Positions 56,711 through 64,000 of a stretch of DNA of 64,000 nucleotides are shown in pieces. Location of the stretch: NCBI GenBank assembly GCA_965222155.1, contig CBDCTH010000012.1:3080441-3144440 (forward strand), in the 5' to 3' direction. This stretch comes from Gammaproteobacteria bacterium. GTDB lineage: Bacteria; Pseudomonadota; Gammaproteobacteria; Eutrophobiales; Eutrophobiaceae. The translations under genes were made by a program, and so were the position numbers. Positions within the stretch are counted from its first letter, which is position 1; the number at the start of each line of letters is the position of its first letter. The notes under the pieces are model-generated. The model was given only the letters and a program-made list of their open reading frames with translations, was not told the DNA's origin and did not search any database.

Positions 56711-57732
56711 TGAATGTCCAGTCTGCACTGAATGAAGTCATCAACGGTGGTGACTTGCCCAATGATGTCATGCGCGCCGTGATGCACGATATGATGTCGG
56801 GAAATATGACCGACGCGCAAATCGGCGGGTTCCTGGTAGCATTGCGGATAAAAGGCGAGACCATCGAGGAAATCAGCGCGGCGGCTGCGGTCATGCGCGA
56901 ATTTGCCGTTAGAGTAGACGTTGACGGCCCTCACCTGGTAGACGTAGTCGGCACGGGAGGGGATGGCGCGCATACCTTCAATATTTCCACCACGGCATCT
57001 TTTGTTGTCGCAGCCGCAGGGGGTAAAGTCGCTAAACACAATAATCGTTCCATTTCCGGCCTCTCCGGCAGCGCCGACGTGCTGGAACAGGCGGGCGTCA
57101 AACTGGGCCTGAAGCCGGAGCATGTGGCTGCGTGTATCAACCGGGTAGGTATAGGCTATATGTTTGCTCCTGCCCACCATCCGGCAACGAGATATGCAGC
57201 AGGCCCGCGCCGGGAACTGGCTACCAGGAGCATATTCAACCTGCTGGGGCCGTTGACGAACCCGGCGTACGTCAAACGCCAGTTGATCGGCGTCTACCAG
57301 CAGGACCTGCTGGATGTGTTTGCCCGGGTCATGCAACGGCTCGGCAGCGAACACTGCATGGTTGTGCGCTCGCAAGACGGCCTTGATGAAATAAGCAACT
57401 CGGCCGCAACTGATGTGGTCGAACTCAAGGACGAGCGGATCACTAAGTATCAGATCACGCCGCAACAATTCGGTTTCAAGCCCGGGGAGCTGTCCGAGTT
57501 GGTAATCGACAGCGCCGGACAAAGCTTCGACATCATGTTGGCGGTGCTCGAAAACAAACCGGGGCCGGCACTGGATATCGTCTTGCTTAATGCCGGCGCT
57601 ACCCTATACGTAGCCGGACTGGCGCCGGATATGGAACAGGGGGTAGAACTTGCCAGACACGCTATCGCCAGCGGCGAAGCAAAGAACAAATTGCAGGAGC
57701 TGGCTGCGCTGACAACCCGGTTGGCCGGCTGA
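56707..57732 (+). CDS. trpD: Anthranilate phosphoribosyltransferase
   Basis: [23 protein letters not shown]... motif. 341 aa. ATGA overlap with trpG. Confidence 0.95.
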   Translation: MMNVQSALNEVINGGDLPNDVMRAVMHDMMSGNMTDAQIGGFLVALRIKGETIEEISAAAAVMREFAVRVDVDGPHLVDVVGTGGDGAHTFNISTTASFVVAAAGGKVAKHNNRSISGLSGSADVLEQAGVKLGLKPEHVAACINRVGIGYMFAPAHHPATRYAAGPRRELATRSIFNLLGPLTNPAYVKRQLIGVYQQDLLDVFARVMQRLGSEHCMVVRSQDGLDEISNSAATDVVELKDERITKYQITPQQFGFKPGELSELVIDSAGQSFDIMLAVLENKPGPALDIVLLNAGATLYVAGLAPDMEQGVELARHAIASGEAKNKLQELAALTTRLAG

Positions 57733-57797
57733 TTACTTATTGCTTTATAACAAGGGATATTATAGTGAATACGGCTGGCATCCTGGCAACATTCTTC

Positions 57798-57822
57798 GGG
57801 GACAGATTTTAAATCTGTCCCC
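57798..57822. repeat. 25-nt palindromic repeat, copy H7, between trpD and trpC
   Basis: ggggacagattttaaatctgtcccc, bracketed by an imperfect ~40-bp direct repeat (57754-57793 / 57828-57868). Confidence 0.9.
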
Positions 57823-57839
57823 TCTCAGGGATATTTATT

Positions 57840-58634
57840 GTGAATACGACTGACATCCTGGCAACCATACTGGAATACAAACGGGAATGGGTTGCTGCAA
57901 GAAAAGCAGTCGCGCCCCTGGCGCAACTGGAACAACAAGTCAGGGATGCCGCTCCATCACCGGGGTTTTATCGGTCTGTCCGTAGCGCCATAGATAACGG
58001 CCGGCCCGCAGTCATTGCTGAAATCAAAAAGGCATCGCCCAGTAAGGGCATCATCCGCCGGGATTTTGATCCTGCCGGAATCGCTGAAGCGTATACGAGC
58101 GCCGGGGCTGTCTGCCTCTCCGTGTTGACCGATGAGAAATTTTTTCAGGGTTCCGACCGGCACCTGGAGCAGGTTAAGGCCGTGACCCGCCTGCCGCTGT
58201 TGCGCAAGGATTTCATCATCGATCCTTACCAGGTTTACGAGGCAAAAGCCATCGGCGCAGATTGCATACTGTTGATAGTGGCGGCTCTGGATGACGTCCG
58301 CATGCAGGAGCTGGCCGCGACGGCTGCTGAAATCGGGCTCGATGTGCTGGTAGAAGTGCACAATCGCGAAGAACTGGAACGCGGACTGCTGTTGCGTACT
58401 CCCTTGATAGGGATAAACAACCGTAATCTGCATACCTTTGAAACATCCCTGCAGACGACATTGGGTCTGTTGCCGGACATTTTCCCGGACCGGACTGTTG
58501 TGACGGAAAGCGGCATACACAACCGCGCGGATATTGCACTCATGCGCAACCACGACGTGCATGCTTTTCTGATAGGTGAAGCGTTACTGAGGGCTGACGC
58601 TCCCGGCGCAGAACTGCGTGCGCTAATCAGTTGA
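57840..58634 (+). CDS. trpC: Indole-3-glycerol phosphate synthase
   Basis: [14 protein letters not shown]...[13 protein letters not shown]...LRKDFI.D.YQ...; GTG start at 57840. Confidence 0.95.
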   Translation: MNTTDILATILEYKREWVAARKAVAPLAQLEQQVRDAAPSPGFYRSVRSAIDNGRPAVIAEIKKASPSKGIIRRDFDPAGIAEAYTSAGAVCLSVLTDEKFFQGSDRHLEQVKAVTRLPLLRKDFIIDPYQVYEAKAIGADCILLIVAALDDVRMQELAATAAEIGLDVLVEVHNREELERGLLLRTPLIGINNRNLHTFETSLQTTLGLLPDIFPDRTVVTESGIHNRADIALMRNHDVHAFLIGEALLRADAPGAELRALIS

Positions 58635-58637
58635 GAG

Positions 58638-59030
58638 TCATTTATCCAGACCGAACAAGTCATCCAGTTCCTGCCGGGTCTGATCTGCCGGCGCATCTGC
58701 CCCGGCTGACCTGGCCGATGTGTCCAGACCGAACAAGGCATTCAGGTCTGATGCGGCCACATCGGCTTCCGAATGATCAGCAGGTTTCCATGCCTGCGGA
58801 TTTAATTCAAGGTAATCACAAAAATTCGGTCTGTCCTTGTCTTTGACCTCGTCAGCGACAGGTTCACGGCATTGCTTTGCGACCCGGGGCTCATAGAACA
58901 GGCACATAAGACAAACGTGCAGTGCGGCATCACAGGCCTTGCAATGGGCGCTCCTGGACAAAGGCATGAGCAGGTAGTCCAGGCCGGCGCCGCATTTCCA
59001 GCATTTCAGGTCTTTCGGCTTGTTCTGCAT
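58638..59030 (-). CDS. Hypothetical Cys-rich (zinc-ribbon-like) protein
   Basis: CWKCGAGL...CKACDAALHVCLMCLFY...C...FCDY pattern. 130 aa. Function unknown. Confidence 0.5.
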   Translation of the reverse strand: MQNKPKDLKCWKCGAGLDYLLMPLSRSAHCKACDAALHVCLMCLFYEPRVAKQCREPVADEVKDKDRPNFCDYLELNPQAWKPADHSEADVAASDLNALFGLDTSARSAGADAPADQTRQELDDLFGLDK

Positions 59031-59086
59031 GTTCCTGTCAGGTCTGGCAAGGGCATTGAAAAATCTTCAGATCACCCATTCAGGCA

Positions 59087-59836
59087 TCAATTGAAGAATA
59101 GCAGTTTGATGATGATCAGCGCCAGCACGGTATTCAACACCAGCTTGATGATCCGCTCGCCCTGGGATACCTGGACCTGTGCGCTCAACCATGCCCCGAT
59201 GGACGTACCGACAGCCAGACAGAGGCCCATAATCCAGAAAATTTCCACCTGCCAGGCAAAAACGATCAGGGCGGCCGTGGTATAGAACGTGATGATAAAG
59301 GACTTGTGCATATTCGCCCTGACCATGTCCAGTCCGAGTGTTTTATTCAGGATCGGCATGAACAGGAAACCGACTCCGACCTGGATGAAGCCGCCGTAAA
59401 TTCCCAGGATTGCCATTAGTATATGGGCAAGCGCCAGGCGCGGTTTCTGCGGCGGCGCCCGGGTATAAGTCCCGGCCTGTTTTTGTGTCGCCATGACCAG
59501 CATCACGGCCAGCATGATGACTGCCAGGATACGGTTAAACCAGACGCCTTCGAGACTGGTCCCGAGATAAGCGCCGGCAATCGCACCGGGCAGTGCAGCC
59601 AGTGACAAGGTCAGGCTGAGTTTGAAATCGGAATACCCGTTCTTAAAAAATGCGATGACCGCCGTGGCCATCTGCGCCAGTATCGCAATGCGGTTGGTGC
59701 CGTTTGCTACCGGCGCCGGCACACCCATGAACAACATGATTGGAATAGTTAACAACGACCCGCCGCCGGCCATGACGTTGACAAAGCCGACAACGATCCC
59801 GACGAGCAACAGGATGATGTATTGCCATATCTCCAC
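59087..59836 (-). CDS. TauE/SafE-family (DUF81) membrane transporter
   Basis: 249-aa polytopic protein with ...VGFVNVMAGGGSLLTIP... and a repeated half, typical of TauE/SafE. Confidence 0.78.
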   Translation of the reverse strand: MEIWQYIILLLVGIVVGFVNVMAGGGSLLTIPIMLFMGVPAPVANGTNRIAILAQMATAVIAFFKNGYSDFKLSLTLSLAALPGAIAGAYLGTSLEGVWFNRILAVIMLAVMLVMATQKQAGTYTRAPPQKPRLALAHILMAILGIYGGFIQVGVGFLFMPILNKTLGLDMVRANMHKSFIITFYTTAALIVFAWQVEIFWIMGLCLAVGTSIGAWLSAQVQVSQGERIIKLVLNTVLALIIIKLLFFN

Positions 59837-59967
59837 TTATTTCAGCTCCCGATGATTTTGCCGACAGAAGGTTTTGGGGTCTGTTGTGGAGTGACTAACG
59901 CCAGAGCCTGTGCAGTTGTAAGCAGGGGGACGAGCGCGGGACGGGCCAGGGCCTGCCCCGGCAGCCG

Positions 59968-60603
59968 TCATTCCCCATAGGTTTTGAATTTATCCAGGTT
60001 GACGTTCATTTCTGCCTCATCCAGCAGCACGGGTGGTCCGTACATGCGGCTGAACAGGTATTGTCTGGCCAGTTCCTCTACGAGTTGCGCCATTTTGAAG
60101 GCGGCGTCCACGTCCTTGCCCAGCGCAATCACCCCGTGATTAGCGAGCAGGCAGGCCTGGCGGCCCGCTAATGCCGCCAGGGCGTGGTCGGATAATTCCT
60201 GGGTACCGTAAGTAGCGTACTCGGCGCAGCGAATGGAAGAACCGCCTACACCGGCGACCATGTAGTGAAACGCGGGCAGGTCCTGGCGGGTACAGGCCAA
60301 CGCGGTGGCGCAGGGTGAATGGGTATGGACAATGGCATCTATATCCGTCCGTTGTGCATAGATATCCTGATGAAAGCGCCATTCACTCGATGGTTTCAGA
60401 TCACCCACAGCCCGGTTGCCGTGCAAGTCCATGCTGACGATATGCGCAGGCGTTAACAACTCATAACCCACCCCGGTAGGCGTAATCAGGTAGCCTTGAT
60501 CAGTCCTGGCGCTGAGGTTGCCGGCCGTGCCTGTGCCGAGCTGATTTTTTTGCAAAGACCGGGCAGCGGCTATCAGGGCTTCGCGTAAACTTGAATGATC
60601 CAT
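59968..60603 (-). CDS. Class II aldolase/adducin-family protein
   Basis: GTAGNLSAR...ITPTGV...VHTHSP.ATA... motifs. Start taken at MDHSSLREAL. Confidence 0.8.
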   Translation of the reverse strand: MDHSSLREALIAAARSLQKNQLGTGTAGNLSARTDQGYLITPTGVGYELLTPAHIVSMDLHGNRAVGDLKPSSEWRFHQDIYAQRTDIDAIVHTHSPCATALACTRQDLPAFHYMVAGVGGSSIRCAEYATYGTQELSDHALAALAGRQACLLANHGVIALGKDVDAAFKMAQLVEELARQYLFSRMYGPPVLLDEAEMNVNLDKFKTYGE

Positions 60604-60685
60604 GAGCGAATAATATATTATCCTGGTCAAAGTTTCCCTTTAACTCATTAATCGAAACCGCGTATGATAGGACGGTGGTGATGAC

Positions 60686-61462
60686 GTGAATAACATGATT
60701 CGGCAGTTCAGCGCATTTCTCCTGTGTTTTTGTCTGGCCGCCAGTGCATGTCCTGACGACTTGTTACAGCCCTTTTCCGCGCACCGGGTGGTTGACCTGA
60801 CCCATGCCTTGCACAAGGATATGCCGTTCTGGCCGGGAACCGCGCCGTTCGTGATCGAGCGGCTGGCTGATTATGACAAGGGCTATCGTATGCACCGGTT
60901 TTCGCTCTGGGAAAATATCGGGACCCACGTTGATGCGCCTGCGCATTTTATCGAAGGAAAACAATCCGTTAATGAACTGGACCTGAATGACCTGGTCGCA
61001 CCCGTTGTAGTCATCAAGGTACAGGACAAGGTCGCACGGGAGCCTGACTATCAATTATCCGTTGAGGACATACTATTGTGGGAGCAACGGAACGGCCGTA
61101 TTCAACCTGGCAGCCTGGTAGTCATGAACACGGGATGGTATAAAAAGTTTCATGAACCGCAAGCCTATGTCAACCAGGATGAGGCAGGCGTGCTGCATTT
61201 CCCCGGGTTTTCCGTTGCCACCGCGCGGTTACTTGTGGAACGGGACGTTGCCGGGATAGGCATCGATACCCTGAGCCTGGACCCGGGTAACGATTTAAGC
61301 TTTCCCGTGCACAAGATCATGCTGGGGGCAGGTAAATACCAGGTCGAAAACATGAATAACCTGGATGCCTTGCCCGTTAAGGGCGCGGTTGCCGTTATCG
61401 GCGTGCTGCCGGTAACAGACGCTTCCCAGGCGCAGGCGAGAATATTTGCGTTTATGGAATGA
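60686..61462 (+). CDS. Putative cyclase / kynurenine-formamidase-like family protein with a signal peptide
   Basis: ...DLTH.L...MP.WPG.......G....HVDAPAHF... pattern and an N-terminal hydrophobic leader. Confidence 0.7.
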   Translation: MNNMIRQFSAFLLCFCLAASACPDDLLQPFSAHRVVDLTHALHKDMPFWPGTAPFVIERLADYDKGYRMHRFSLWENIGTHVDAPAHFIEGKQSVNELDLNDLVAPVVVIKVQDKVAREPDYQLSVEDILLWEQRNGRIQPGSLVVMNTGWYKKFHEPQAYVNQDEAGVLHFPGFSVATARLLVERDVAGIGIDTLSLDPGNDLSFPVHKIMLGAGKYQVENMNNLDALPVKGAVAVIGVLPVTDASQAQARIFAFME

Positions 61463-61463
61463 G

Positions 61464-62384
61464 ATGGCGCCTCAATTACAAAAGCGCAAACAGGGAACGG
61501 CTACAAGCGCATTCGGAACACCTGGAAGAATCAGCCATGATTCCTCAAAATTTTACAGTGCCAGGCTTTATGAAGGATTGGATAGCGGGGGAAAAGTAAA
61601 CTATGTTGAGAATAGTATTCCTCAGGGGTATTTGAACAGAATCTTCTGTAAATCAAGTGAGGTGATGGACGAACTGCCTGATAACAGCGTTCACCTGATG
61701 ATAACATCTCCACCATATAACGTTTCAAAAGAGTACGATGAGGATTTAAGTCTTGATGAGTATCTGGCATTGCTCAATGCCGTTTGGCAGGAGACCTATC
61801 GGGTACTGGTTCCCGGCGGTCGGGCCTGTGTTAACGTGGCGAATCTTGGACGCAAGCCGTATATCCCGTTACACAGTTATATCATTGAAGGAATGCAGAA
61901 CATCGGTTTTCTGATGCGCGGGGAAATTCTCTGGAATAAGGGTTCCAGTGCCAGTCCGTCCACTGCCTGGGGCAGTTGGAAGTCCGCAGCAAACCCGGTG
62001 TTGAGAGATGTTCACGAGTACATCCTAGTCTTTTCCAAGGATTCATTTTCAAGAAAAAAGGGAGATAAAGAAAATACAATCGAGAAGGAGGGGTTTCTCG
62101 AATGGACCAAGAGCGTTTGGGACTTCCCGGCGGTATCGGCAAAAAAAATCGGCCATCCGGCGCCGTTCCCGGAAGAATTACCGCACCGGTTGATTCAGTT
62201 ATACTCGTTCAAGGATGATGTAATTCTTGACCCGTTTGCCGGCAGCGGGACTGTATGCCTGTCTGCTTTAAAGGATAAAAGGAATTACGTGGCCTATGAC
62301 ATCGATCCGGCATATATCAAACTGGCTGAAACAAGAATTTCCGCTTACAGGGACCAGTTTGATCTCTTTGCTGGTAGAAAATAA
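61464..62384 (+). CDS. Beta-class (N6-adenine or N4-cytosine) DNA methyltransferase, no cognate nuclease seen
   Basis: The catalytic motif IV LMITSPPYN precedes the SAM motif I ILDPFAGSGTV near the C-terminus, which is the beta-class order. Starts 1 nt after the cyclase stop. Confidence 0.8.
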   Translation: MAPQLQKRKQGTATSAFGTPGRISHDSSKFYSARLYEGLDSGGKVNYVENSIPQGYLNRIFCKSSEVMDELPDNSVHLMITSPPYNVSKEYDEDLSLDEYLALLNAVWQETYRVLVPGGRACVNVANLGRKPYIPLHSYIIEGMQNIGFLMRGEILWNKGSSASPSTAWGSWKSAANPVLRDVHEYILVFSKDSFSRKKGDKENTIEKEGFLEWTKSVWDFPAVSAKKIGHPAPFPEELPHRLIQLYSFKDDVILDPFAGSGTVCLSALKDKRNYVAYDIDPAYIKLAETRISAYRDQFDLFAGRK

Positions 62385-62440
62385 TAAGGAACTATTTTCA
62401 CAAGTGTCCAGGTTCAGAAGCATGCGAAACTGTTCATTGT

Positions 62441-62731
62441 CTAGCCGGCTTTTTTAAGCGGCAGGATTTTTTCGTGAGTTTGCATCGAATGCCACAGATC
62501 CCGGTTTTTCTGCAGGTTTAACCAGAAATCTGCCCCGGTATTTAATGCTTCACCGAATGCCAGCGCAGAATCGGCAGAAACGCCTCTTTTGCCGTTAATG
62601 ATCTCATTGAGCCGTGCATAGGTCCAGCCAAGGTGAACCGCAAATTCCTTCTGGCTGACACCAAGAGGTTTCAAAAACTCTTCCAGGAGCATTTCTCCGG
62701 GATGTGTCGGAGGTCTGTTTTTGGGCAGCAT
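62441..62731 (-). CDS. higA: HigA-family antitoxin (XRE HTH)
   Basis: PTHPGEMLLEEFLKPLGVSQKEFAVHLGWTYARLNEIINGKRGVSADSALAFGEALNTGADFWLNLQ is canonical HigA. Confidence 0.85.
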   Translation of the reverse strand: MLPKNRPPTHPGEMLLEEFLKPLGVSQKEFAVHLGWTYARLNEIINGKRGVSADSALAFGEALNTGADFWLNLQKNRDLWHSMQTHEKILPLKKAG

Positions 62732-62748
62732 TTTTTATCTCAAAATAG

Positions 62749-62820
62749 CTATTTGTGGTAGTCGGTTATTCCGATGGCATTTTCGGTGTAACTCGACCGG
62801 TATCTTGCGGGAATAACGAC
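62749..62820 (-). pseudogene. Vestigial HigB toxin C-terminus (23 codons behind an in-frame stop)
   Basis: My own translation: VVIPARYRSSYTENAIGITDYHK-stop, directly upstream of higA. It resembles the HigB ending ...F....G.A.DV..DYH and is preceded by tag at 62824-62826. Confidence 0.4.
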
Positions 62821-62987
62821 TATCTACTCCATCATAGATATCTTTTGTTATCCTGTCCCTTATATTCCTTATCATTGATTGAACATATCGAATATCGATA
62901 TATAAGTCAAATAAATATTAATGTCGCATAATCTGGTTAGTAGGGTAATCTTAACGCATCATAAGCGTGTCAAGATTCAGTTCGGTT

Positions 62988-64000
62988 TTATGCGTGTCGC
63001 GCCAGGGCCCAGTCCACATGTTCGCGCACCAGGGCGGAGGGATGGTCCTTGCGTGTGTTCAGGGCATTGATGACCGGGGTTGATGTGGGGGCATTGCCCA
63101 GGGCGACGGCAAGATTCCTTAACCAGCATTCGTAACCGATGCGCCTGATGGCGCTGCCTTCCGTTTTTTTATCAAATTCGGTTTCACTCCAGAGAAAGCA
63201 TTCGACTAATGTCACCGTATCCAGCTGGTGGCGCGGCAGGTAGTCCGGCTCAGTAGAGTATTGTGCGAAGCTGTTCCAGGGGCACACCAGTTGACAGTCA
63301 TCACAACCGTAGATACGGTTGCCGATACTGGTGCGGAATTCCTCGGGAATAACGCCGCGGTATTCAATAGTCAGGTAGGATATGCAGCGCCGGGCATCGA
63401 CCTGATAGGGCGCGACTATGGCCCGGGTCGGGCAGATGTCGATACAGGCCTGACAGGTACCGCAGTGTTCCCCGGCAAACTTTGTATCTGTAGGCAGGGG
63501 CAGGTCGGTGTATATTTCTCCGATGAAAAACCATGAACCGGCATCGGGATGCAGCAGGTTACTGTGCTTCCCGATCCAGCCGAGCCCGGCGTTACGCGCC
63601 AGCGCCTTTTCCAATACCGGCGCCGTGTCGCTGAAGACCCGATAGCCGAAGGGACCAATCGCCGCTTCAACCCGGCGCGCCAGCTTTTTCAACCGGGAAC
63701 GCATTACCTTGTGGTAATCCCGGCCCAGCGCATAGCGGGATATGTAGGCCAGTTCCTGGTTGTCCAGCACTGACTGGGCAGGTTTGGCCCGGGGGGGCAA
63801 ATAATCCATTCGCGCCGAAATGACCCGTAGGGTACCCGGTCGCAGCCGGGCAGGCCGTGAACGTTTATCGCCGTGGCGCTCCATGTAGGTCATCTCCCCG
63901 TGCATTCCCCGGTCGAGCCAGTCAAGCAGGTGGTGTTCGTCTTCTGTGAGGTCGATGCCAGTGATGCCGACCTGTTGGAAGCCGATTTCAATCCCCCAGG
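62988..64000 (-). CDS. queG: Epoxyqueuosine reductase (partial; N-terminus beyond window end)
   Basis: HGEMTYMERHGDKR..., 4Fe-4S motifs CGTCQACIDICP and CDDCQLVCPWN. The frame stays open to position 64000. Confidence 0.85.
   Translation of the reverse strand, partial: WGIEIGFQQVGITGIDLTEDEHHLLDWLDRGMHGEMTYMERHGDKRSRPARLRPGTLRVISARMDYLPPRAKPAQSVLDNQELAYISRYALGRDYHKVMRSRLKKLARRVEAAIGPFGYRVFSDTAPVLEKALARNAGLGWIGKHSNLLHPDAGSWFFIGEIYTDLPLPTDTKFAGEHCGTCQACIDICPTRAIVAPYQVDARRCISYLTIEYRGVIPEEFRTSIGNRIYGCDDCQLVCPWNSFAQYSTEPDYLPRHQLDTVTLVECFLWSETEFDKKTEGSAIRRIGYECWLRNLAVALGNAPTSTPVINALNTRKDHPSALVREHVDWALARHA

Noticed and set aside
59837-59967. Short matches to other repeats (gttgtaagcaggggg; ccggcagccgtca) in the TauE/aldolase spacer
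   Set aside because: Only 13-15 nt are shared, which is too short to distinguish a relic of the repeat families from chance in GC-rich DNA.
62141-62148. An A8 run inside the methyltransferase gene as a phasevarion switch
   Set aside because: Eight residues is short for efficient slippage, and the frame is intact. There is no evidence of variability from a single sequence.

Overview
This is a 64-kb chromosomal segment with gammaproteobacterial-type synteny. The housekeeping backbone is engB' / rpmE-xthA-prlC, then bfr-bfd, then a Fur-box-preceded TonB-dependent receptor with an FbpABC-type iron ABC transporter. It continues with dgkA, moeB-prmC-prfA-hemA, TPR-lolB-ispE ... tRNA-Gln-prs-rplY-pth ... 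ychF, rpe-trpGDC and queG'. Accessory DNA interrupts this backbone at several intergenic joints. (i) At 11.4-13.4 kb there is a decayed parDE plus a SWIM-finger / pRiA4b-ORF3-like gene pair. (ii) About 16.8 kb lies between ispE and tRNA-Gln. It holds an ~8.6-kb serralysin-like RTX gene split into three ORFs, with seven internal copies of a module that normally occurs once at the C-terminus. It also holds an NRAMP transporter, IS remnants, a hicAB locus whose toxin is split by a 206-bp MITE, and several gene fragments. (iii) A SWIM-SNF2 helicase sits between pth and ychF. (iv) Decayed brnTA, a 1308-aa FG-GAP / M10 protease / FG-GAP / RTX mosaic protein preceded by a G12 tract, and intact hipBA lie between ychF and rpe. 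(v) A beta-class DNA methyltransferase sits beside higA and a vestigial higB. Four short dispersed repeat families are visible: a 25-nt palindrome (7 copies), a ~155-bp structured element (3 copies), a 206-bp MITE (2 copies) and IS5-like remnants (2 copies). A DnaA-box cluster lies in a convergent intergenic region. No CRISPR array, rRNA gene or type I secretion gene was seen. All product calls rest on motif and family recognition by eye. No database search, HMM or composition calculation could be run.
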